Below are positions 17,011 to 26,301 of a stretch of DNA of 64,000 nt, in pieces. The notes under the pieces were generated by a model. It made no database searches. It worked only from the letters and a program-made list of their open reading frames with translations, and was not told where the DNA came from. Source of the stretch: Anaerolineae bacterium (lineage in GTDB: Bacteria > Chloroflexota > Anaerolineae > CAZYHC01); contig DAOULT010000092.1 of NCBI GenBank assembly GCA_034417895.1, positions 3,220 through 67,219 of the forward strand, in the 5' to 3' direction. Position numbers and translations under genes: made by a program. Numbering within the stretch: the first letter of the stretch is position 1; every line of letters begins with the position of its first letter.

Positions 17011-17908
17011 AGGGAGAAGCGCAGGCTATTAACGAATGCCCGATTGAGATCGAGCCTCCTGATAAAGCGCCCAGACCAGCGGCCATCTTGTAAACCAGGT
17101 GTTTAGACCAACTGCGCAGCCTGTTGTGCGGGTTCTCGATGGGCGCGGCGGGAGATATCGAAAGGAGTTCGAACCCTGCCTGCTCCAGCGTCCTCCTCAG
17201 AGTGAGGGCTGAGAAAAAGTAGAGATGATTGGGCGCGTCGAACAGAGCCAACTGCGACGCCCCTCCCAGCCGAAAGCGCTCTCCACGATGGCCGTCAGTC
17301 TCGATCTCACTAAACCCCATGAGCCTTTGCACATACAGAAAAGGAAGCCCAAAATCCAGGTTGGGCACGGTCACGATCAGCAATCCAGCGGGAGAGAGCA
17401 GCCGATTGACGGTGAGCAGGGTATTTAGCGGATCGGCCAGATGTTCGAGGACGTTGTTCATAACCACGATGTCGAAGCACGCTCCCGGAAACCCGGCCTC
17501 CTCCAACACGCCCTGGAAGACGTTCAGCCCCCATCGATTATGAGCGTAATTGCAGGCCGAGGGCGAAAGCTCCACGCCCTGGACGACGTAGCCGTGCTCC
17601 CTCATCAGCTTCAGGAAGAAGCCGTACCCACAGCCGACGTCGAGCACCCGGCCCTGCGGTTTATACTCTTTGCACCGGGCAAGGATATCCGCAAACAGGC
17701 CATCGGACCCCTCCCGGTAGCAGGACTGGCCTTCGAACTCTTCAGGCTTGTAATAGTGGCTGTAATGTCGCCTCAGTTCTCCATCGTCTGGCTGGGGGTT
17801 GAGGTAGTGTAGACCACAGGATCGGCATCTCACCATCCTGAAGCCGTTCAAATTGCAGACCCAGCGGGCGTTACGAGTTTTACACAGGTTACAGGTCACA
17901 CACTTCAT
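17009..17908 (-). CDS. class I SAM-dependent methyltransferase with N-terminal CxxC...CxxC zinc ribbon
   Basis: CVTCNLC...CRSCG zinc ribbon. VLDVGCGYGFF SAM motif I and IVVMNNVLEH motif. Confidence 0.75.
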   Translation of the reverse strand: MKCVTCNLCKTRNARWVCNLNGFRMVRCRSCGLHYLNPQPDDGELRRHYSHYYKPEEFEGQSCYREGSDGLFADILARCKEYKPQGRVLDVGCGYGFFLKLMREHGYVVQGVELSPSACNYAHNRWGLNVFQGVLEEAGFPGACFDIVVMNNVLEHLADPLNTLLTVNRLLSPAGLLIVTVPNLDFGLPFLYVQRLMGFSEIETDGHRGERFRLGGASQLALFDAPNHLYFFSALTLRRTLEQAGFELLSISPAAPIENPHNRLRSWSKHLVYKMAAGLGALSGGSISIGHSLIACASP

Positions 17909-18953
17909 GGTCTCGCTCCTCCCTCTGTTTCAGCGGCTCGGTGGCGTTTAGTATCTTGTCTGTAATCTCTCGCACCAGACCGTTACCATTGCTCACTCTG
18001 ACCTCCGCCCTCCGCTTTTTACGGAATGTAATTCGCGAAAAATCGGCTGGCCCTTTGATGTGGGTCAGCTTACCCTGTTCCATCAGACACCCATCCACCA
18101 TGCCCGGCTTTCCGGCAAAAACCGTGTAGGCCGGCGTTCCCAGAACCGCCGCCTCCCGGCCCATCGTCCCCACAGCGCTTATCACCAGGTCCGAATGATA
18201 GATCAAATCCGGGCCATTCACCACCTGGGGTGGAATCCAGGTCTGGGAAAGTCTGGCTTGAAGCGCCTGGCCCTGCTCAGGAAAACGCGGCAGCAAGACA
18301 ATAAAGACATCTTCCTGTTGGCCCAGATAGGTCAGTAACTCGCTGAAAACGGTGTTTTCGTAATGATGGTATATCCCCGTTCCCGGCGGACGCAGGCAGA
18401 CGATCACTTTTTCCTGGGGGATGCCCGCCGAGTCGAGAAACCCTGGCCGGGGTTTGAAATCCGCCAGATAGACCTCTTCCTTAAGCCCCTTGTATTTCTC
18501 TACTCGCTCCGGCCTGGCGCCGCACTTTCTCAGGGTCTCGTCGGGAAAGACCATCGGCACCAGCACCTTCCGCGCCAGGCGAAAACTGACGTGGTTGGCA
18601 GGCTGATGCTCGTAGTCCATCAAAGTAACCAGCGGAATGCCCAGACAGAAGGCGGCCAAAGCCTGGCTGTAGGAGTTGTGGCTGACGGCCAGGGCCATGC
18701 CCTTTCCTCTGGCAAAACCCATCAGGCTGACCACGCGCCTCAGCGTCTTCGTCAGTTTGGTCACAGTACTCTTGCGGGTAGTCCAATCGCCAACCTCCGT
18801 GTAGTTAAATCCATAGTGGGCAGCCAGGGGAACGGTCTGGGCAAAATCGCGGGCGGTAATCAGGACTTGATGTCCTCTGGCCTCCAGCTCAGCGATGATG
18901 GGCCGGAAGAAGAGCACCTGGGGAGAGTTAGCCAAGTCGATCCAGATTTTCAT
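17889..18953 (-). CDS. DUF354-like protein, GT-B fold (putative glycosyltransferase or epimerase-like)
   Basis: The N-terminus MKIWIDLANSPQVLFFRPII...GHQV matches the DUF354 signature as recalled, not checked by search. Lies inside the glycan cluster. Confidence 0.45.
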   Translation of the reverse strand: MKIWIDLANSPQVLFFRPIIAELEARGHQVLITARDFAQTVPLAAHYGFNYTEVGDWTTRKSTVTKLTKTLRRVVSLMGFARGKGMALAVSHNSYSQALAAFCLGIPLVTLMDYEHQPANHVSFRLARKVLVPMVFPDETLRKCGARPERVEKYKGLKEEVYLADFKPRPGFLDSAGIPQEKVIVCLRPPGTGIYHHYENTVFSELLTYLGQQEDVFIVLLPRFPEQGQALQARLSQTWIPPQVVNGPDLIYHSDLVISAVGTMGREAAVLGTPAYTVFAGKPGMVDGCLMEQGKLTHIKGPADFSRITFRKKRRAEVRVSNGNGLVREITDKILNATEPLKQREERDHEVCDL

Positions 18954-18991
18954 GTAATTTTACCTCGCTTCTTTCTCAGCGCCTTTCCCCA

Positions 18992-20431
18992 TCAATGAGA
19001 CAAAAGACTGCGAGCCAGCCTCCAGGCCACCCTTGTCAGCCGGGAGAGATCGCCGATATTATCCAAAACGGTATGACGATAGAACAAGGGATTCAGCCAA
19101 AACCAGCGGCCATAGCGGGCCTGATATTTCTGCTTCAAAAACCTGGCGTTGACGAAGTAATAAGCCTTCAGGATATCAGCCGCGCTCATCTTATCGGTCC
19201 TCATGGGAGGCACGTAATCCTTATCCTGGTAGGCAGTGGGGGTATACTTAGACCACTCCTCCACCAGTATCCAGCCGTTTTTCCTGGCTATCTGGTACAA
19301 CTCAGAGCCGGGATAAGGAGTAGCAATACCCACGCTGGGGAAATCGCTCTTCAACTCCGCCGCCAACTCCACCGTTTTTCTGACGCTGGCCCAATCCTCC
19401 TCCAGATTGCCCACCATGAAAAAGCTGCTGGTGCTGATGCCCACCTCCCTGGCCCAACGATGAGCGTTGCGAACCTGTTCCAGGGTGATCTTCTTTTTAA
19501 TGGCCTTCAGCACTTTGGGATCGCCCGACTCCACTCCAAAGTCTACTCTTACGCATCCTGCTTCCTTCATCAGTTTTAGCAACTGGTAGTCCACGGTGTT
19601 GACCCTGGCGTTGCACATCCAGCGGGCCCCCATGTCGCTGTCGATGATCAGGCGGCAGAGTTCCGCCAGACGCTTTTTGTTGATGGTGATGGTGTCGTCC
19701 ACGAAATCGAACTGCGTGGCCCCATACTTCCGCCACAAATAGACCATCTCGGCGAAGATGTGCTGAGCGCTTCTGCCCCGGAAACGGCGCTGGAAAATGG
19801 TGTGCGAATCGCAGAAGATGCATTGGTTAGGGCATCCCCGGCTGCTCAAAATGGCGAAGGTCGGCTTGCTGATGTCCCCGCCGTAGCCTCGCACGGAGTA
19901 CTTATCCAGAGGCAGCAGGTGCCAGGCCGGAAAAGGCAGATCGTCCAGGTTCACGATGGGTGGCTGCCTGGGGTTGATCACCACGTGGCCGCTCTCCCGG
20001 AAAGCCAGGCTGCCAATGGAGCGGAAATCGGTTTTGTGGAAGAGAGCGGCCACCAGCTCTTTCATAGCCATTTCGCCCTCCCCGACGACCACAAAGTCTA
20101 TGGCCCGTTGTTCGAGCATCTCTGCGGGCAGGGCGGAGGCGTGGGGGCCTCCCACCACCACGGCTATACTCTCGTCCACCTCTTTAGCGAGACGGGCCAC
20201 CTGCTCAGCCAGGCGCACCTGGGGCGTCATAAAGGAGACCCCGACCAGGCGAGGCTTGTGCCGCTTTATCTCTTCCTCCAGGTCGTCCCAGCCCAGGCGC
20301 AAGGGATTCATGTCGCAGATGGCTACCGAGCGGCCATCCGCTTCCAGAACGGAGGCAATGTAGGCCAGCCCCAGGGGAGGGCTTTTCATCTGCCAGGGAT
20401 AGGGCGGGTAGATCAACAGTACGTCGGCCAT
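18992..20431 (-). CDS. B12-binding domain radical SAM enzyme (class B)
   Basis: An N-terminal cobalamin-binding Rossmann region, then SSRGCPNQCIFCDS (CxxxCxxC) and an Elp3-type radical SAM core. Confidence 0.8.
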   Translation of the reverse strand: MADVLLIYPPYPWQMKSPPLGLAYIASVLEADGRSVAICDMNPLRLGWDDLEEEIKRHKPRLVGVSFMTPQVRLAEQVARLAKEVDESIAVVVGGPHASALPAEMLEQRAIDFVVVGEGEMAMKELVAALFHKTDFRSIGSLAFRESGHVVINPRQPPIVNLDDLPFPAWHLLPLDKYSVRGYGGDISKPTFAILSSRGCPNQCIFCDSHTIFQRRFRGRSAQHIFAEMVYLWRKYGATQFDFVDDTITINKKRLAELCRLIIDSDMGARWMCNARVNTVDYQLLKLMKEAGCVRVDFGVESGDPKVLKAIKKKITLEQVRNAHRWAREVGISTSSFFMVGNLEEDWASVRKTVELAAELKSDFPSVGIATPYPGSELYQIARKNGWILVEEWSKYTPTAYQDKDYVPPMRTDKMSAADILKAYYFVNARFLKQKYQARYGRWFWLNPLFYRHTVLDNIGDLSRLTRVAWRLARSLLSH

Positions 20432-20432
20432 C

Positions 20433-21470
20433 TCATTCTCCTGAATATTTCAAATTGATGAAACTCTCGACGGCAGGCAACACGTCTTCCAGGGTGATGC
20501 CTGCCATGCACTCTCCGCTCTGGCAGGTCAGGCGGCCAGGATAGCAGGGGGCGCAATCCACCTTTTTTCTGACCACGATGCACTTATCGGGATCGGTATA
20601 AGGACGACAGGTGGCCGGTTCGGTAGGGCCAAACAGCACCACCACCGGCGTGCCCACGGCAGCCGCCAGGTGGGCCGGAGCGGAGTCGTTGCTGACTACC
20701 AGCCCGCACCTTTCGAGCAGGGCCGCCAAGTGGTAGAAGTCGGCGATCCGACCGGCGGCGTTGATGGCCTGGCCGTTCAACTGCTCCTCGATCTCCCGGA
20801 CGTAATGGACATCGGAGGGGCCGCCTAGCAGGATAACCCGTAACCCATAGGAACGGCATAGGGCCTGACACAGAGCCACCGTCCTCTCCACGCTCCACCT
20901 CTTGGAAGGGATCCAGTGGGCGGCGGTGTGCACGCCCACCAGGGGCGCGGCGCTTTGGGAAGGCCGCGCCCCTTTACTATTCAAGAAATCTTCTACTGCC
21001 TGCCGGTCCCGGTCCTCGACGACGACCCTGGGCTTACGAGCCTGGGCGCCGATGCCCAACAGGGACAACAACTCGTATTCGCGTTCCACAAAGTGGGTCT
21101 GGAAGGCGATGAGCCGGCGACGATTGTACAAAAAGCCCAGTCGGGCGTTGCTCGCGCCCACTCGCAGCGGGGCCCCGCACAGGAAGGACAGCAGCGGCGA
21201 GACCAGCCCCCCGATCTGGGCCGAAGCGAAAGCCAGATCGAACCCCCGGCGGCAGAGATGGCTTATCAGCCCCGGCCCTACCTCGGTCGAGGACAGAGGT
21301 ACGATCTCTTCCACGAACGGATAACGCGCAAAGACCTGAGCCGCCGCGCCCGGCCCCGCGATGACTGTAAATCGCGCTGCCGGAAAGCGCCGGTGCATTT
21401 CGAGCAGGGCCGGGGTGAACATCAGGGCGTTGCCCAGGCCGTGCAGATGCAGGGTAAGGATACGTTTCAT
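20433..21470 (-). CDS. glycosyltransferase family 9 (heptosyltransferase)
   Basis: MKRILTLHLHGLGNALMFTPAL and the C-terminal GPTEP...DSAPAHLAAAVGTPVVVLFGPT are typical RfaF/RfaC-type GT9 blocks. Start trimmed to MKRIL at 21470. Confidence 0.75.
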   Translation of the reverse strand: MKRILTLHLHGLGNALMFTPALLEMHRRFPAARFTVIAGPGAAAQVFARYPFVEEIVPLSSTEVGPGLISHLCRRGFDLAFASAQIGGLVSPLLSFLCGAPLRVGASNARLGFLYNRRRLIAFQTHFVEREYELLSLLGIGAQARKPRVVVEDRDRQAVEDFLNSKGARPSQSAAPLVGVHTAAHWIPSKRWSVERTVALCQALCRSYGLRVILLGGPSDVHYVREIEEQLNGQAINAAGRIADFYHLAALLERCGLVVSNDSAPAHLAAAVGTPVVVLFGPTEPATCRPYTDPDKCIVVRKKVDCAPCYPGRLTCQSGECMAGITLEDVLPAVESFINLKYSGE

Positions 21471-22438
21471 CGTAATTTCACCGCCCTCGTCAGGGTATAG
21501 CCGCCGTGTACGGCCTTGATGAGCCAGGCCATGGGCCTCCCCAGATAGCCCTGCCACCGTTCGGCGCAGGTCTTGAACAGCGCCAGAGCGGTCATCTTGT
21601 GCAGAACGCGCAGCATGGAGATGTGCGTCAGGTGGTAGGCCGGGCTGGCCCACTCAAAATGGTTCCCGATGGTCGGTCTGGAAAGGCCGTATCTCGACCA
21701 GAAACCAGTGTCGTACAGGGGCAATATGCGCTCCAGAGTTTCCAGACCTCTGGCAAACAGCTTGTGGCACAGCCACCAGTTGGTGACAATGTACAGATCG
21801 TATAGACCGAACAGGCTATATATGAAATGGTTGAGGATGCGTAGTTTCTTCTGGCCGGGCAACATCTCGTAGAAGACTAAGTCCCTCCCGTTCAGGTGAA
21901 ATGTGTCCCGGATGCCGCCCTGATCGGCAGAGCGGGTGAAGGGGAGAGCGGCCCGCTGCGCGGCGGCAAAAAAGGCAATGGCGTCCGTCTCCTGGTACAG
22001 ACGCAGGAGAGCAGACATAGCCAACCCCTGAGTCATAGGGTCTATCCAGGGCGTTTTCAGGCCGTGACGGGCATGGTCGAAAGGCTGATACCAGGCTCCC
22101 GTAAGGCTCTGGTTCTCGACCAGCCAGCGCCCCTGGGCCAGAGCTTCTTGCAAAATCTCTTTGTCTCCGCTTTCCAGATAGCGGTCGAAGCCGGCCAGCG
22201 CGTACTGGGAGATCATCAACGGATCGTGATAGACGCCTCTCACTCCTCTGATGGGCAGTTTGTCCGTGTTGAACAGGCAGACCCCTTCCTGGTCGAAATC
22301 GTGTCGCCCCTTGCGGTAGTCAAAGTCGTAAGGGATGTAGAATTTGCCCAGAGGCTCGCCCCTCTCCGGCACCCAAATGGCAAAGTTATTTTTGGATAAT
22401 AAAGCTATTTCCCTCTCAGGAGATGTGGTGTTTTTCAT
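21467..22438 (-). CDS. hypothetical protein, possibly (alpha/alpha)-barrel epimerase/hydrolase-like (D-glucuronyl C5-epimerase-like?)
   Basis: Aromatic-rich 323-aa soluble protein inside the glycan locus. The assignment rests on weak similarity recalled from memory. Confidence 0.3.
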   Translation of the reverse strand: MKNTTSPEREIALLSKNNFAIWVPERGEPLGKFYIPYDFDYRKGRHDFDQEGVCLFNTDKLPIRGVRGVYHDPLMISQYALAGFDRYLESGDKEILQEALAQGRWLVENQSLTGAWYQPFDHARHGLKTPWIDPMTQGLAMSALLRLYQETDAIAFFAAAQRAALPFTRSADQGGIRDTFHLNGRDLVFYEMLPGQKKLRILNHFIYSLFGLYDLYIVTNWWLCHKLFARGLETLERILPLYDTGFWSRYGLSRPTIGNHFEWASPAYHLTHISMLRVLHKMTALALFKTCAERWQGYLGRPMAWLIKAVHGGYTLTRAVKLR

Positions 22439-23588
22439 CCGTCCCTCTTCCTAATTCCAGATACAGGTCTCGATGCCTGGCGGCGATGCTTTCCAGCCTG
22501 AAATCTGCGCTCGCCCTTTTTCGGCCTTCTTCGCCCATCCTTCTGCGCAACTCCCGGTCGCCCAGGAGGGTCTTTATTCTATCGGCCAGGCCGCCCACGT
22601 CTCCACATTCCACCAGGAAGCCGGTGCGACCCTCCTCGACCAGTTCGGGCAGAGCGGCCACCCTGGAGGCCACCACGGGCTTGCCGGCGGCCATCGCTTC
22701 CATAACCACCAGCCCGGCTGACTCGCGCCTGGAGGGCAGGATCAGGGCCGTGGCTCGCCGGTATTCCCGCAGCAGGTCATCTCCTCCCAACAGGCCACAG
22801 AAGACCACCCTCTGCCCCAAACCTTCCCTCTCCACGCAGGAGACCACATAGTTAAAATATTCCTGGTCGAGGATGCGGCCCACCACGCGCACCTTGACCG
22901 CCGGCCTGTCGGGCACGACTTCTTTGAGAGCCTCTACCAGGGTGAGCAGCCCCTTGAGAGGCCAGATGCTACCCACGAACAACAGGCGTCCCTCTTCCTC
23001 CTCATCTCTATCAGGCAGCGCAAAAAACTCCTCCCCGATGGGATTGCGGATCAGATGAAAGCACGCCCCGGTCAACCCCTCAAGAGAATCCCGCATATAA
23101 TTGCTTACGGCGATGATATCCTTCACTCCCTTCAGGCAGCGGGCCTGAAGATAAAGGGCCAGCCTGCGCTGAAAGTAACCTCTGAGGCCAGGGTAATACT
23201 CCTCTCGCTGACGATGATGCTCGACCCCGTGGGGCGTCCAGACCAGAGGACAGTTCGTGCCCAGGGCGGCGCAGGTTGACGCCAGGTGAAGAGCGTGGAT
23301 CACGTCCGGCCTGACGTCCTCGATCTTCCGCCTTATGCGGGGCAGGTCGCGCCCCGTGCGGGTGAACAGTTTGGGCCTGGGCGAAGCCAGAACGTGCACC
23401 TGCACCCCGTCGGCCTCGAATTGCAGATCATGGTCGAGGTCACGGCAGTCCAGGACGTGGATTTCCAGGTCTCGGTAGCGGCTCAACCCTTGCGCCAGAC
23501 GATAGCCTACCGCCTCCGGGCCACAGTGGAGGCGCTCCGGCTCCAGAGGATACTCGGTCAGAAGCAACACTCTCTTCCTATTCCCCAT
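22416..23588 (-). CDS. glycosyltransferase family 4
   Basis: EGFG-type motif, ...RESAGLVVMEAMAAGKPVVAS....GFLV. Start moved to MGNRKRVLLL at 23588. Confidence 0.8.
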   Translation of the reverse strand: MGNRKRVLLLTEYPLEPERLHCGPEAVGYRLAQGLSRYRDLEIHVLDCRDLDHDLQFEADGVQVHVLASPRPKLFTRTGRDLPRIRRKIEDVRPDVIHALHLASTCAALGTNCPLVWTPHGVEHHRQREEYYPGLRGYFQRRLALYLQARCLKGVKDIIAVSNYMRDSLEGLTGACFHLIRNPIGEEFFALPDRDEEEEGRLLFVGSIWPLKGLLTLVEALKEVVPDRPAVKVRVVGRILDQEYFNYVVSCVEREGLGQRVVFCGLLGGDDLLREYRRATALILPSRRESAGLVVMEAMAAGKPVVASRVAALPELVEEGRTGFLVECGDVGGLADRIKTLLGDRELRRRMGEEGRKRASADFRLESIAARHRDLYLELGRGTDEKHHIS

Positions 23589-25101
23589 TCCCTGCTCCCT
23601 GCTCCCTGCTTGCTGCTCCTTCCTGTCCGGCCAGCCTTTCCATGACCACCATGAGGCCCAAAGCCATCGCTCCATAAGGGGCCATGCTGGTCAGCAGAGA
23701 CACGGGCGAGGAGAATTGTTCGACCAGCAAAGCCGCATAACCGGCCAGGAATCCGGCGCAACATCCCCTCAGATAGAGATTGTGGATCCTGGGGATCGCC
23801 AATAAGCCGTAACCCAGGATGAACAGGCTGATGCCCAGATAAGAGAGCAACCCCCCATAGCCCATCTTGTAGACAAGGGCCGCGTACCCGTTGTGAAAAC
23901 CGGTGACCGAGATCGTGCCCTGGCCGGGAAGCCGCAAATAGATGTTGGCGGCTCCAATCCCCAGGCCGAAAATGGGATGGGACTGCACGTGATAGGCCGC
24001 CGATCTTAATTCCAGCACCCGTCCCAGGGCGTTCAGCTCGGCCAGTTTCGAGGAGTGGGAGAAATCAAAGATGGACCAGTATCTCTCGATCATCAGGTCT
24101 ATGAAAGGCACACTGGGCAGGCCAGGAACGTCGAGGGCGTTGAGCCGCACGGTGAAAGAGACAATGACCAGCAGAATGACCACACTTATCAGCAGCTTAA
24201 GGCGGTTTTTTAAGTCCAGGCAGAACACCAGATAAATGAGTCCGCCCAGAAACCCGGCGAACGCGCCCCTGGTCAGGGTCAGCAGAGAAGAAACGAAACA
24301 GCAGAGGGCTAACATTAACAGCCAGAATCGGCTCTTACCCGCTCGTCCGCCAACGACGTAGAGGCTGATAGCCATCAGGGTCACCGGCATGTAAAAGGAC
24401 CAGGCCGAGATAAGACCATAGGCCCGTTGGAAGCTTCCGCCTGATAAGGGCACCTCCCAGCCATAGGTGGCGTAATTCCCCACCGCGTCGGGCGATCTCA
24501 GGTCGAAGAGGCGCGCCCCGAACCCGTACAGGGTCAATAAGCCGACCGTCACCAGCAGGGTTTTCAACAGCCGGTTGGCCTGTTCCTCCGTCCTTATGCG
24601 AGCTATGACTACGAAGTACAGTCCGTAGTAGAAGACGTAGCTTGAGTCGCGCAGGATGTGCTCCCAGTGATTGCCCAGGGCCAGGCCCACCAGAGCCGAC
24701 AGAGCGTAGACGAAGAACAGGAGCAACACGGGCACGTTCATGGGGGTAGCAGGCACCTTCGGCTTTTGGCCCACTATCCGGATCAGACCCGATATGATCG
24801 TGACCGTAACGACCAGGTCCAACGGTGATAATACCACGCCGGAAATGACCAGGCTCAGGCGTTGGGCAATAGAGGCGTGACCTACCAGGATGGTGGTCAG
24901 CAGACAAAGGTGAAGCCCTATCTCCTCATTAATCAGGATCAGAGCGGCAATGATAAGGCCGGCGATGACCTTAGCCAATAGAGCCACGTCTGTGAAGGGT
25001 ATCTTACCGCTTACCGCCCCAACGGATACCAGCAGTCCAAACAGCAACAGCCCCTTCGGTATGTAGGAAAGCGTCCGGTTATTCATCCAGAGTTTTGTCA
25101 T
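23578..25101 (-). CDS. Wzy-type polysaccharide polymerase / O-antigen-ligase-like polytopic membrane protein
   Basis: About 12 TM helices. The TRGAFAGFLGGLIYLVF Wzy_C-like loop. Confidence 0.55.
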   Translation of the reverse strand: MTKLWMNNRTLSYIPKGLLLFGLLVSVGAVSGKIPFTDVALLAKVIAGLIIAALILINEEIGLHLCLLTTILVGHASIAQRLSLVISGVVLSPLDLVVTVTIISGLIRIVGQKPKVPATPMNVPVLLLFFVYALSALVGLALGNHWEHILRDSSYVFYYGLYFVVIARIRTEEQANRLLKTLLVTVGLLTLYGFGARLFDLRSPDAVGNYATYGWEVPLSGGSFQRAYGLISAWSFYMPVTLMAISLYVVGGRAGKSRFWLLMLALCCFVSSLLTLTRGAFAGFLGGLIYLVFCLDLKNRLKLLISVVILLVIVSFTVRLNALDVPGLPSVPFIDLMIERYWSIFDFSHSSKLAELNALGRVLELRSAAYHVQSHPIFGLGIGAANIYLRLPGQGTISVTGFHNGYAALVYKMGYGGLLSYLGISLFILGYGLLAIPRIHNLYLRGCCAGFLAGYAALLVEQFSSPVSLLTSMAPYGAMALGLMVVMERLAGQEGAASREQGAGNGE

Positions 25102-25117
25102 CGAGCCTCTCCAACTT

Positions 25118-26239
25118 CTAACTGTTATACGCCTCTTCGTAAACGGCCAGGGTTTTCAGGGCCGTTTTCTCCCAGGAAAAATCTCTGGCTCTTTTCAGGC
25201 CCCGCCTGGTCAGGTAGGCCCGCAGGTCAGCCTGAGAAGCCACTTTGTACATCACCTCGGCCAGTTGCTCCACGTTGTAGGGATCGACCAGCAGAGCCGC
25301 GCCCCCCGCCACCTCTGGGGCGGAGGAGACGTTAGAGGTTATCACCGGGGCGCCGCAGGCCATAGCTTCCAGGATAGGCAGCCCAAAGCCTTCGTACACC
25401 GAAGGGTAGACCAGGGCCTCGGCCACATTGTAGATCAGGGGCAGGTCTTCGTCAGCCACGTAGCCGGTAAAGATGACCTCCTTCTCCAACCCCAGTTCCT
25501 CGACTTGAGCCAGGACGTTCCGGTACAACCAGCCCTTGCCCCCCACAAAGACCAGCTTGTGCGGCAGGGCCATTTTGCTCCTGAGCCGATGATAGGCCCG
25601 GATCAGCCGCTCCCCGTTCTTGCGGGGGTTGAGAAGGCCGACGAACAGGAAGAAGCGGGGCGGCAGACCATACCGGCGGCGAATACTCTCTTTCAGGGCT
25701 TCGTCTTCCACTACTTTGAACCTGGAAGCCACCGCCATAGGGACGACCCGTATTTTCTGCGGAGAGATACCCAGCAGGTTTACCACTCCCTCCTTCGTGC
25801 TCTGGGAGACCGCGATGATGAGGGTCGCCTGCCGGGCGCAGCGAGGGACTTCCCGCACCAGCTTCCCCAGGCTGGATTTCAGGTAGTATCCGGGAAAAAG
25901 CATAAAGGCCAGGTCGTGGATGGTCAGCACCGTTTTAGCTCCGTTTTTGGTCCGCAGGAAAAACGATGGCCCGTGTACGACGTCCGCCTGGCCGGTGAAA
26001 GCCTCGATCGGGATATCCAGCCATTCGACCAGCGGCCAGGGGAGACGGTTCACCACCCTGGTAAAATTCTCCTGGTCCATAGCCAGCGGCGTCCGGCCTT
26101 TGCGCCGAAAATATTGGTGATACAGGCAATATTCGTTGCCCTGGTCCACACGGGCCAGAGAGCGGATAAGCTCCCTGGTGGCCTGGGCTATACCTGCCCC
26201 CGGTTCGAGAGCGGTGGTGGCATCGATGACGATACGCAT
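25118..26239 (-). CDS. glycosyltransferase family 4
   Basis: [31 protein letters not shown] motif. Confidence 0.8.
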   Translation of the reverse strand: MRIVIDATTALEPGAGIAQATRELIRSLARVDQGNEYCLYHQYFRRKGRTPLAMDQENFTRVVNRLPWPLVEWLDIPIEAFTGQADVVHGPSFFLRTKNGAKTVLTIHDLAFMLFPGYYLKSSLGKLVREVPRCARQATLIIAVSQSTKEGVVNLLGISPQKIRVVPMAVASRFKVVEDEALKESIRRRYGLPPRFFLFVGLLNPRKNGERLIRAYHRLRSKMALPHKLVFVGGKGWLYRNVLAQVEELGLEKEVIFTGYVADEDLPLIYNVAEALVYPSVYEGFGLPILEAMACGAPVITSNVSSAPEVAGGAALLVDPYNVEQLAEVMYKVASQADLRAYLTRRGLKRARDFSWEKTALKTLAVYEEAYNS

Positions 26240-26257
26240 GGCTTCACTTTCCTCTCT

Positions 26258-26293
26258 AGAAACCAGGTTTTTAGCAAAAACCTGGTTTCTTCC
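26258..26293. repeat. palindromic intergenic element family P1
   Basis: agaaaccaggtttttagcaaaaacctggtttcttcc. Confidence 0.65.
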
Positions 26294-26301
26294 AAGTGGT
26301 A

